This document shows positions 16,369 through 25,421 of a DNA stretch of 64,000 nucleotides, one piece after another. The translations under genes and the position numbers were made by a program. This DNA comes from Candidatus Moraniibacteriota bacterium (GTDB lineage Bacteria; Patescibacteriota; Minisyncoccia; Moranbacterales; GCA-2747515): NCBI GenBank assembly GCA_046116545.1, contig CP175956.1, positions 577,734 to 641,733 on the forward strand, in the 5' to 3' direction. Positions within the stretch are counted from its first letter, which is position 1; each line of letters starts with the position of its first letter. The notes below the pieces were generated by a model. That model was given only the letters and a program-made list of their open reading frames with translations. It was not told the DNA's origin and made no database searches.

Positions 16369-17238
16369 ATGAAAATTATCACATGGAATGTTAATGGAAT
16401 CAGAGCTGTTGAGAGAAAGGGTGCTCTACAGGATTTAATCGAAAAACAAGAGCCAGACATTTTATTTTTACAAGAAATTAAAGGCAAAAAGGAACAATTT
16501 AGTAAATATTTAACTGATAGTACTAAGTATAGACAGTTTTACCATAGCGCTGAGAAGCCTGGATATGCAGGTACTGGAATTTGGATTAAATATGAATTAC
16601 TTCGAGATGCGCGACGTATTAAATTTAATATGCATGTACCACAGCCTACAGATTCTTATGTTGAAAATGACGAATTGTTTAAAGGCGTGGAGGAGAATAT
16701 TGGTATTTATATGACGGATTTACCAAATAGTGATGAGGGTCGTGTTTCACATCTTTCTTTTTTATATAAGGGAAAAATTTATGATCTAGCATCAATTTAT
16801 TTTCCTAATGGAGGTAAAAGTGAGCAGGCTTGGGAAGATAAGTTAATATTTTTTGATAAGGTGTTGGATTATATGAATGGACTAAGGAAGCTTGGTCATG
16901 AAGTTATAATTGGTGGGGATATGAATGTTGCTCACGAAGAAATTGATCTTGCAAGATCAAAAGAGAATGATGGTAAAATAGGATTTCATCCTCGAGAAAG
17001 AGCATGGATGGATAAAGTAATGGAAAGTAATTGGGTAGATGTTTGGAGATATAAAAATCCAAATATTCAAAGTGTATACTCATGGTGGGATATGAAGACG
17101 AGAGCACGTGATAGAAATGTTGGTTGGAGAATAGATTATTTTTTTATGGATCGAGAGTCAGTTGATAATGTGCAAGATGTAAAATATTTAGGGGATCATA
17201 TAGGCTCCGATCATTGTCCTCTTATGATGGAAATATAA
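16369..17238 (+). CDS. xth: Exodeoxyribonuclease III (AP endonuclease, EEP family)
   Basis: Canonical N-terminus MKIITWNVNGIRA and a C-terminal GSDHCP motif. 289 aa. Confidence 0.9.
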   Translation: MKIITWNVNGIRAVERKGALQDLIEKQEPDILFLQEIKGKKEQFSKYLTDSTKYRQFYHSAEKPGYAGTGIWIKYELLRDARRIKFNMHVPQPTDSYVENDELFKGVEENIGIYMTDLPNSDEGRVSHLSFLYKGKIYDLASIYFPNGGKSEQAWEDKLIFFDKVLDYMNGLRKLGHEVIIGGDMNVAHEEIDLARSKENDGKIGFHPRERAWMDKVMESNWVDVWRYKNPNIQSVYSWWDMKTRARDRNVGWRIDYFFMDRESVDNVQDVKYLGDHIGSDHCPLMMEI

Positions 17239-17255
17239 AAGATTAAAATAAATAA

Positions 17256-18005
17256 ATGAAACATAGAATTATACCATCATTACATAGTTTAGTTATAATA
17301 ACATTGTGTCTTAGTATCGCAGGTGCTTTCATATATCTTAGTACTAGAGAGTTGAATAAAGATGTAGAATTAGCAAATCAAACTATAGATATAGAAAATA
17401 TGTATGGGAATTGGAATAAGCCTAAATATCAGACAAAACAAATTGATGTGTCTTTCAAATATGATACTAGGCAGGTGGATGATGTGCATATAGTTAATTA
17501 TGATTTAACAAACAAGGTTGGTGAAGATATGATAACTCAAAAAGAAATTGAAATATTGTTAAATTGCTATAAAAATGAAATTTGTGAAGATATTGATATA
17601 TCAGCAAGAACTGAATATTTGATAAATAATTATAAAAACTTTCTAATCAAGGATGATTTTGTGATAGTGTATGGTTTGTATCCAGATATGAGAGAAGAAT
17701 CTTTTGGTGAAATTGAAAATAATATATTTATAATAAATGAGCAGATGTTTGCAAATATTGTAAATTCAATTTATTCAAAAACAAATAAAAAATATGATGG
17801 TGTGAGGAGGGATTTCTTGATTAATAATGTGGATATTGAGTATAGTGATTATACGAATCAACATAGAATTGAAAAAAAAGATGATATGATACAACTTGCA
17901 GTAGAAGAAATTTTGGAGGAAGAAACTAGTTATGTAAGGGAAGATATTGATTTATTGAAGATAATAGCTGAGTCAGTATCTTTTTTAGATAAAGAAAATA
18001 ATTAA
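17256..18005 (+). CDS. Membrane-anchored hypothetical protein
   Basis: N-terminal TM helix. No family motif. Confidence 0.45.
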   Translation: MKHRIIPSLHSLVIITLCLSIAGAFIYLSTRELNKDVELANQTIDIENMYGNWNKPKYQTKQIDVSFKYDTRQVDDVHIVNYDLTNKVGEDMITQKEIEILLNCYKNEICEDIDISARTEYLINNYKNFLIKDDFVIVYGLYPDMREESFGEIENNIFIINEQMFANIVNSIYSKTNKKYDGVRRDFLINNVDIEYSDYTNQHRIEKKDDMIQLAVEEILEEETSYVREDIDLLKIIAESVSFLDKENN

Positions 18006-18016
18006 GTTTTATAAAT

Positions 18017-18625
18017 ATGGCAAAAGGTAGCAGAATTAGACATCATGTGAATCCACTTTCGGATTTAACAGAACATGAGTTTAGTGGATTTGAAAATAAT
18101 AATCCCATTATTATTGATATTGGAGCTGATAGGGGAGAATTCATAGAACAATTGTTAGAAAAATTTGAAAATAATAAAAATTTTATAGTAAGCGAAATAC
18201 GGAAACCTCTAGCAAGGAAATTAGAGAAAAAATTTGAAAAACATGGTAATGTTGTAGTTTTTGATGGTGATATGACAAGAAATTTTGAGAATATTGTAAG
18301 GACATCAATTAAAAAAAACGTGTTGATAGAAGAAATATATATAAATTTTCCAGATCCTTGGTTTAAAGAACGGCATAAAAAAAGGCGTGTTGTAAATATA
18401 AAATTTTTGGAAAGTATTAAAAAATGGACACAAAAAGAAACTAAATGGATTTTTCAAACAGACCAACAACAATTGTTCGACGAGACAGTAGAGCTATTAG
18501 AAAGTATTGACTGGATAGGTATAGAATTTTTTGATGAGTCTCCTTATGGAGCAACTACAAAGTGGGAAAATGCAAAAGTTGAGGATGGATTTAAAATTAA
18601 TAGATTGAAATTTCAGTTTGTATAG
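18017..18625 (+). CDS. trmB: tRNA (guanine46-N7)-methyltransferase
   Basis: SAM-binding IIDIGADRGEF and the TrmB hallmark NFPDPWFKERHKKRR. Confidence 0.85.
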   Translation: MAKGSRIRHHVNPLSDLTEHEFSGFENNNPIIIDIGADRGEFIEQLLEKFENNKNFIVSEIRKPLARKLEKKFEKHGNVVVFDGDMTRNFENIVRTSIKKNVLIEEIYINFPDPWFKERHKKRRVVNIKFLESIKKWTQKETKWIFQTDQQQLFDETVELLESIDWIGIEFFDESPYGATTKWENAKVEDGFKINRLKFQFV

Positions 18626-19001
18626 TATGAAAAAAAGTATAATAATAGCCATTTTAATATCTATTGCATTCCTATTATTTTTTTGGTATCTGGTAGCAAG
18701 TTCTTTTTATGATAAATCTACTGCTATTCAAAAAGAATTCATAACAGACGGTTGTACATTATTTATTGAGTTCACTTGGAAAGAATGTTGTATGAAGCAT
18801 GATGAACAATATTGGTTAGGTGGTAATACGCAAAAAAGAAAAAATGTAGATACAGAATTTAAGAAATGTGTGTATGAAAAATCTAATCAAAAAGTAGTTT
18901 CTCAAGTAATGTATGGAGTCGTGCGAGTTATGGGAACTCCATTTGTAGTGACTCCTTGGAGATGGGGATATGGGTGGGAATTTGGACGCGGGTATAGGTA
19001 G
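18618..19001 (+). CDS. Small secreted protein with a secretory-PLA2-like C-C-x-x-H-D-x-x-Y motif
   Basis: N-terminal TM/signal (IIIAILISIAFLLFFWYLVA), then KECCMKHDEQYW. 8-bp overlap with trmB. Confidence 0.45.
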   Translation: MYSMKKSIIIAILISIAFLLFFWYLVASSFYDKSTAIQKEFITDGCTLFIEFTWKECCMKHDEQYWLGGNTQKRKNVDTEFKKCVYEKSNQKVVSQVMYGVVRVMGTPFVVTPWRWGYGWEFGRGYR

Positions 19002-19059
19002 TATTGTATATACTGCAAAAATATGGTATGATTTAATTTAATATTTTTTAGATATAAAA

Positions 19060-19635
19060 ATGGAGGTAACAAGAGCAGAATTTATAAAGAGTGTTGTAGG
19101 GTCACATAACCTGATTGTTGATGATTTGCCACAAATCTCGTTTGTTGGACGTTCAAATGTTGGTAAGTCTAGTGTAATAAATAAACTTGTTAATCAAAAG
19201 AAACTTGTTAAATCATCTAGTAAGCCAGGAAAAACTCAACATATTAATTTTTTCTTGATAAATGAAGATACTTATTTTGTAGATTTGCCGGGGTATGGAT
19301 ATGCAAAGCTGGGACTTAAGTATCGGGAGAAGTTGAGGAGACTTATTTTGTGGTATTTTATTTCTGGTGAAGCTCCAGTCACAAAAGTGGTAGTAATCAT
19401 TGATGCAAAGGCAGGATTGAGAGAATTTGATGTTGAAATGATTGCAGTACTTAGGGAACATAATCATCCATTCATAGTTGTTGCAAATAAGGTTGATAAA
19501 TTGAATCAAAAAAAATTGCATAAATCACTTATTCAGATACAGGGAAAACTTGGTGATGAAATAGAAATTTTTCAGTTCAGTGCCAAAACAGGTAAAGGAA
19601 GGGAAAAACTTTTAAATAATCTCTTGAGTGAATAG
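19060..19635 (+). CDS. engB: Ribosome-biogenesis GTPase EngB/YsxC
   Basis: G1 GRSNVGKSS, G3 DLPGYG and G4 NKVDK. 191 aa. Confidence 0.85.
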   Translation: MEVTRAEFIKSVVGSHNLIVDDLPQISFVGRSNVGKSSVINKLVNQKKLVKSSSKPGKTQHINFFLINEDTYFVDLPGYGYAKLGLKYREKLRRLILWYFISGEAPVTKVVVIIDAKAGLREFDVEMIAVLREHNHPFIVVANKVDKLNQKKLHKSLIQIQGKLGDEIEIFQFSAKTGKGREKLLNNLLSE

Positions 19636-19643
19636 CTAACAGA

Positions 19644-20939
19644 TTATATTTTCTTTAAAGATAGTCCAGCTAGAATGAAAAAAGAAAGCAGTCCGAAATG
19701 AGATGTCCAAGGCCAGTGGTCAAAAAGTGAGATAAATAAAAATGAGATAAATAGTAATATAAACATAAATTGTGAAAGATTTATGTTTTTTCTTTGTAAA
19801 TAAATGTTGTATAAAATATAAAAAATAAATGATGTAAAGATAATAATTCCAATAAGCCCAAGTTCAGAAATTATTAGTAGATAAACATTATGGACTGGTT
19901 GAGTTTGCCAAATAGGGTTTGTATTTTGTGATAGGGTATGCAATGTATTTGTATAATTTCCAACGCCTGTTCCTAGTAAAGGACTTTCTTGAAAAAGATT
20001 TTTTGATTGGTTGATGTATAAAGTTCTATCTGTAATTGAATTGTGGGTAAGTGTCGAGTCTTGAGATGTTCTTATTGAGAATATAGACTGATAAAAAACA
20101 AAGAGCAAGATAATTGTTGAAGCTGTGACTAATGAAAATGGTAGGACTTGTTTTAATTTATATTTTTTATTTTTATAAATATAAATAATTATAAAAAATA
20201 TACATAAGAGGGTTGTTATCCATATCGTTCTAGAAAAAGTTAATAAAATATTAGCTGTAAAAAATGAGGAAATTAATAGTAAAATAAATTTGTATAAATT
20301 TTGTTTTTCTTCTAGATATAAATATAGACTAACTAAAAGTGCACATAGCATAAATCCTGCAAAAATATTTGGATGAGGAAAACCACCATAAATTCTAAGC
20401 CATCTTTCAGTATCAGTGTTAATAATGGCTGTGCCACCATGCCAGACATCATAAGTATTTAAGCCAAGAAATTTTTGTGAGAAAGTCTGTTGTGTTATGA
20501 ATTGTAGTAATCCAAGAATACTTTGTAAAAAAGCACTGATTATAAGAATTATACTTATAGTTTTAATTTTGAGGGGTACAATTTGAATTAGAAAAAAGAG
20601 GTCTATAATAATCGATAGTTTGAGCGCAAAATAGAATGCAAGCATTTTGTCAGTTGCCCAAAAAATAGACAAAAAACTCCACAGTGACAAGATAATTGCT
20701 AGTATGATTAGTTTTTGATTTTGTGTAATATATTCAAAAATTTTATCTTTATATAAATAAATGCTGAGTATAATCCATAGGAATAAGCTTATATCAGATA
20801 GGTATATACCAATAGTCCCATATTGCCATTTTTCACTACCATAAAAAACTTCACGTACTATATAAATAGTGTGCCATGGAATCAAAAAAATGAATGTATA
20901 AAATAAATAATTATTTATTTTATGTAAATTGAGGTTCAT
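19644..20939 (-). CDS. Polytopic membrane protein, O-antigen ligase/polymerase-like (tentative)
   Basis: ~11 TM helices with a periplasmic loop. Family assignment is by architecture only. Confidence 0.4.
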   Translation of the reverse strand: MNLNLHKINNYLFYTFIFLIPWHTIYIVREVFYGSEKWQYGTIGIYLSDISLFLWIILSIYLYKDKIFEYITQNQKLIILAIILSLWSFLSIFWATDKMLAFYFALKLSIIIDLFFLIQIVPLKIKTISIILIISAFLQSILGLLQFITQQTFSQKFLGLNTYDVWHGGTAIINTDTERWLRIYGGFPHPNIFAGFMLCALLVSLYLYLEEKQNLYKFILLLISSFFTANILLTFSRTIWITTLLCIFFIIIYIYKNKKYKLKQVLPFSLVTASTIILLFVFYQSIFSIRTSQDSTLTHNSITDRTLYINQSKNLFQESPLLGTGVGNYTNTLHTLSQNTNPIWQTQPVHNVYLLIISELGLIGIIIFTSFIFYILYNIYLQRKNINLSQFMFILLFISFLFISLFDHWPWTSHFGLLSFFILAGLSLKKI

Positions 20940-20990
20940 TAAAAAATAACATTATAATTTAATATAATGTTATTTTATCATGAGTTGGTT

Positions 20991-22118
20991 TTAATATACA
21001 ATCACAGGCGTTCCAATTTCTGCCCAGCTATATAATGTTTGGGCAGGTCCTACTCCAAGTCGCATACATCCATGAGATACGGGTATCCCTAGGTGATTCT
21101 GACCTTCTTTGTAGCCACTAGGCCATTCAGGCAACTCATGAATCCCATATTTACCATTTGATGTGATAGCCATCCAATATGGCATAAATAGTTCATATTT
21201 TTTGGACCAAGGCCTAGGATGTTTATTGTAAATTTGATGAGTTCCTGTTGGTGTTGTCATGCCAGCTTTACCACTTGATATCAAAAATGTATTAATTACG
21301 TGCCCATTTTCAAAAATAGTCATTATCTGAGTGGTTAAATTCACATCAATATATTTGCCAGTTTCTATTTTTGCCTTGGTCAATTCTTTTGCTTCAATAA
21401 GTCTATCTTCTAATTTTTCTGACCATGTTTTTGGTTTTGGTGGGAGTGTTGTGAATGTTGTAGTGTGGAGTGGCGCATAATTTTCACTATCAGCACCATC
21501 AGCTTTTGCTCGTATGGTTAATGTGTATAATTGTCCAGCTACAAGAGGTTCTGTTGGCAAAATATCAAATTGTGTCTTTCTCGCATTGTTTTGGTATTCT
21601 AGAGGTACACTTGGTTCAAGATTGAAATCAATATAAAAACCTTCAGTTGATTTATCAAATTGAATTGTAATGGGATCTTCTATATCGAGTTGTACATTAG
21701 TTGCTCCAGAATGTGGAGTAATATCAATAATTTTTGGGTAATCTGTTGTTGTGAAGTTGAATGTACCATTTGTTATTTGTGTAAAGTTTTTTGCACGACC
21801 TTCGGGTATATTTACTGTATATGTTGTATTAACATCCCATCCTTTTGTAGGAGTTAATGTTATTTGTGTATGACTATCATTTATAATAGCTTGCATCGGG
21901 GTTTTGGGCAGTAGAGAAATATTATTTTGGTAGTATTTTTTTTCAATGGGTTTCTCAAAATTAATCGTGAATGATTCTGTAGGTAGTATTTCCTGATTGT
22001 TTTTATATGCTTGTGGAGAGAAAGAAAATGAGGGTGAAAATGCATATATATAAGCAGCTGTGAGCAGTGTAGGTAATAGTAGTATCATGAAAAAGAGTAT
22101 TTTTTTTGTTTTTGACAT
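20991..22118 (-). CDS. Secreted L,D-transpeptidase (YkuD domain) with N-terminal Ig-like domains
   Basis: C-terminal catalytic motif SHGCMRL preceded by HELPEWP. Signal peptide present. Confidence 0.75.
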   Translation of the reverse strand: MSKTKKILFFMILLLPTLLTAAYIYAFSPSFSFSPQAYKNNQEILPTESFTINFEKPIEKKYYQNNISLLPKTPMQAIINDSHTQITLTPTKGWDVNTTYTVNIPEGRAKNFTQITNGTFNFTTTDYPKIIDITPHSGATNVQLDIEDPITIQFDKSTEGFYIDFNLEPSVPLEYQNNARKTQFDILPTEPLVAGQLYTLTIRAKADGADSENYAPLHTTTFTTLPPKPKTWSEKLEDRLIEAKELTKAKIETGKYIDVNLTTQIMTIFENGHVINTFLISSGKAGMTTPTGTHQIYNKHPRPWSKKYELFMPYWMAITSNGKYGIHELPEWPSGYKEGQNHLGIPVSHGCMRLGVGPAQTLYSWAEIGTPVIVY

Positions 22119-22152
22119 ATTTATGGATTTGTAGAAATTAGGTTGTATAATC

Positions 22153-22890
22153 TTATTCTCTTGCTAAAACTAGGCAAAAGACTTTATCAGCACCAGCTTT
22201 TTTTAGTACCATAGCACATTCTTTTAGTGTTGTGCCTGTGGTTATCACATCATCTATTAGTAGTATGTTTTTATTAATGATTTTTGAAGTATCACTAATT
22301 ATAAATGCATTTGCTAAATTTTCTTGTCGTTTATTTTTATTTTTTACTTTTACTTGCGGTGCCGTATATTTTACTCTTAGTAGTATATCAGTATTTATAG
22401 GAATTTGTAAGTCAAGATTAATAGCTAGTAATTCTGCTTGATTGAAACCTCTCCATCGTAAACGTCTTTTATGTAGTGGTATGGGTATTATAATATCTGG
22501 AGATGGTAAAGATGAGTTTTGAAGTGATTGTGCTAACAGTAATGCTAACGGTTCAGATAGGGCATACACAAATCTATATTTGTAATAGTGGATAGATTTT
22601 TTTAGGAGTTTATCACTATAATGAGATGCAATAAAAACACCAGCTATAGAATTATTGGAAGATAATAAACATTTAGGACATACTTGTCCATTTTTTGTTT
22701 CATGTTTTTTGCAAATAGGGCAATGTTGCTCAGTCAAAATTGGAAGTGTTGAGTGACAGTTTGTGCAAATCCACTCATCAAATACTCCACATCCTAGACA
22801 CCTAATAGGAAAAAGACCATCCAAAATTATTTTTTGAATTCCATTTAAAAAAGCCTTCAAATTATTTAAGGGTGATTTTATTTTTGACAT
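22153..22890 (-). CDS. comFC: ComF-family phosphoribosyltransferase (ComFC-like)
   Basis: N-terminal 4-Cys zinc finger (CLGCG...CPICKK...CPKC) and PRTase motif LLIDDVITTGTTL. Confidence 0.75.
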   Translation of the reverse strand: MSKIKSPLNNLKAFLNGIQKIILDGLFPIRCLGCGVFDEWICTNCHSTLPILTEQHCPICKKHETKNGQVCPKCLLSSNNSIAGVFIASHYSDKLLKKSIHYYKYRFVYALSEPLALLLAQSLQNSSLPSPDIIIPIPLHKRRLRWRGFNQAELLAINLDLQIPINTDILLRVKYTAPQVKVKNKNKRQENLANAFIISDTSKIINKNILLIDDVITTGTTLKECAMVLKKAGADKVFCLVLARE

Positions 22891-25294
22891 AGTCTAATTT
22901 GATAGAAGTATTAGATGGATCTTCTATTATAGTATGAGCAATCTTTCCTTCTATGTGTTCTTGTATAAATTGACGTACTCCACGAGCACCATCTTTTTTG
23001 TCAAATGCAAAATTAGCAATATGTGAAATTAATTTTGGTGTAACTGTTAAGGTTTTACCTTTTGTTTTTAATCGTTTTTTTAATTCGTTCATTTCAATGC
23101 GTGAAATTTTTTGTAAGTCTTTTTTTGTAAGTTGATTGAATATTATTATATGATCCAATCTAGATAGTAACTCAGGGGATAAAATTTCTTTTGTGGCAGC
23201 ACTTATTTTTTTGTTGTATTGTTTTTTGTCAGGCTTTGCTTCTCCAAATCCTAAGTTTTTTATATTACTTATGTCAGTTCCACCTATGTTGGATGTTAAT
23301 ATTATAACCGTATTTTTGAAATTTATCTCTCTGCCACTAGCATCTGTTATTAATCCATCTTCTAGAATTTGTAGTAATATATTGAAAACATCAGGATGTG
23401 CTTTTTCAATTTCATCAAAAAGTACAACACTATGAGGATTGCGACGTACTTTTTCTGTAAGTGTGCCACCTTCGCCATATCCAACATATCCAGCAGGTGC
23501 TCCAAGAAGTTTTGATGTATTGTGTTTTTCCATTAGCTCACTCATATCAATGCGAATAAGTGCATTTTTGTTGTCATAAAGTTCATTAGCTAGAACTTTG
23601 GCTGTGAGAGTTTTACCAGTTCCTGTTGTTCCTAAAAAGAGAAAAGAGCCATTTGGACGATTTTCATTTCCGATGCCACTAGCACTACGTACAAGTGTAT
23701 CTGCTATTTTATGTAGTGCATTATCTTGACCAATAACATGGGCAGATAGTTGTTTTGATATATTTGATAATGTTTTTGTGGAGGTTTGTAATATTTTTGA
23801 AGCAGGTACACCAGTTTGTAATGAAACAGTTTGGGCAATATCATCACGATTCATTGTTAATGTATTTGATTGTATTTCTTTTTTCAAAAGATCTTGTTTA
23901 GCTGAAATTTCACATATCAAAGCATCCTCAGCTGCTTTGAATTGAGAAGCTTCTTCGTATTGTTCAGTCTGAACAAGGTCAGTTTTTTGCTCTATCAATC
24001 TTTTCAAATCAGTTTCAAGAGAAATTATTTGTTTACGTAAGTCACTTTTTGTATGTGCATTACAAAGTCTAGCAGCAGTTTCATCTAATATATCCAAAGC
24101 TTTATCTGGGAAAAATTGTTCAGGCAAGTATCTGTTGCTATACTCTACAGTTGCATCAAGGGCATCTTTAGTAATATTAATATTGTGATGGTTTTCAAAT
24201 GACTTTCGTACACCAGTTAAAATTTTACGAGTACTTGAAATATCTGATTCTTCTAAAACCAGTTTTTGAAAACGTCTTTCTAATGCGGGATCTTTTTCAA
24301 TGTGTTTTTTGTATTCACTTAGTGTTGTAGCTCCTATTATACGGACATTTCCACGAGCTAGAGCAGGTTTTAATATATTTGCAGCGTCTAAGCTACCTCC
24401 AATGTTACCAGTACCTATAATTGTATGAATTTCATCTATGAAAAGTATAATGTTTTTATTTTCTTGAGCTTCTGTTATTATATTTTTTAAACGTTGTTCA
24501 AACTCACCTCTAAAACTTGTTCCAGCAACTAATAATGTTAAATCAAGTGTGATTATTTCTTTGCCGTATAAGTAGTGGGGAGCATCAGGGCTTTTTGCCA
24601 GGTGGGCAATATGTTCAATGATTGCAGTCTTTCCAATTCCAGGTTCACCAATAATCATTGGATTATTTTTATTTTTTCTACCTAAAATTGTTGTGATCCT
24701 TTCGATATCGGAACTTCTGCCTATAAAAGGCTCAGCTTCACAATCAGAGATATTAGTACAAAATTGATCCAATGAAGAATCTGATGCAGTATCACCGCCA
24801 TTCATAAGAGCTGATAAATTTTCAATTCCAAAAAGACCTTGATTGTTGTGAGGCATTGGTGGTGACATATTAGGGTTTCCTTGTTGTTTTTTTGGTTTTG
24901 CCATTGCTAATATTTTTTGAACTGATGTATTCTCAGAATTAAGCAGTGCATAAACGAGATGTTCTGTGCCTACATAATTGTAACCAAATTCAGAAGCTAA
25001 AGCATGTGCATTAGTTATTATTTTTTTTACAGATTCAGATAATTTTATTTTAGACAAAACTTTTTTTTCAGTGATTTTAGTAGCAAAAATTTGTTGTTCA
25101 AATATTTTTTTAGAAAGTCCAATATTTTTTAAAACGGTTGTACCAACGCTGCCACGCTCCAAAAAAATACCATAAAGCAGATGTTTTGGTGTAATAGTAT
25201 TAGATTTATTGGCACTAGCAATTTTTTCAGCATGCATTAAGCTATTGCGTGCATGTAATGTTAATTTGTGTGTAATTGAATTTTTTTCAGACAT
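22862..25294 (-). CDS. clpC: ATP-dependent Clp chaperone/ATPase subunit (ClpC-type, two AAA+ modules)
   Basis: Clp_N repeats, D1 Walker A GEPGIGKTAI, UVR-like linker, D2 Walker A GTTGTGKTLTAK. 810 aa. Confidence 0.85.
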   Translation of the reverse strand: MSEKNSITHKLTLHARNSLMHAEKIASANKSNTITPKHLLYGIFLERGSVGTTVLKNIGLSKKIFEQQIFATKITEKKVLSKIKLSESVKKIITNAHALASEFGYNYVGTEHLVYALLNSENTSVQKILAMAKPKKQQGNPNMSPPMPHNNQGLFGIENLSALMNGGDTASDSSLDQFCTNISDCEAEPFIGRSSDIERITTILGRKNKNNPMIIGEPGIGKTAIIEHIAHLAKSPDAPHYLYGKEIITLDLTLLVAGTSFRGEFEQRLKNIITEAQENKNIILFIDEIHTIIGTGNIGGSLDAANILKPALARGNVRIIGATTLSEYKKHIEKDPALERRFQKLVLEESDISSTRKILTGVRKSFENHHNINITKDALDATVEYSNRYLPEQFFPDKALDILDETAARLCNAHTKSDLRKQIISLETDLKRLIEQKTDLVQTEQYEEASQFKAAEDALICEISAKQDLLKKEIQSNTLTMNRDDIAQTVSLQTGVPASKILQTSTKTLSNISKQLSAHVIGQDNALHKIADTLVRSASGIGNENRPNGSFLFLGTTGTGKTLTAKVLANELYDNKNALIRIDMSELMEKHNTSKLLGAPAGYVGYGEGGTLTEKVRRNPHSVVLFDEIEKAHPDVFNILLQILEDGLITDASGREINFKNTVIILTSNIGGTDISNIKNLGFGEAKPDKKQYNKKISAATKEILSPELLSRLDHIIIFNQLTKKDLQKISRIEMNELKKRLKTKGKTLTVTPKLISHIANFAFDKKDGARGVRQFIQEHIEGKIAHTIIEDPSNTSIKLDYVKNKITLK

Positions 25295-25421
25295 AAAATA
25301 TTGTTAAGTTAGTACTCTATTATGCGCATATTTAATTTGTTTGTCAATGATTTCTTTGTATGTTCCTAGTTGTGTAGATATGTTACAATAGTATTATAAA
25401 ATAAATTATTAAAAATAAAGT

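Noticed and set aside
22862-22890. 29-bp overlap between comFC and clpC on the minus strand, a possible frameshift or fusion
   Set aside because: Both ORFs have independent, conserved N-termini (Clp_N; ComF zinc finger). The overlap is more simply explained by an upstream alternative start choice for comFC.
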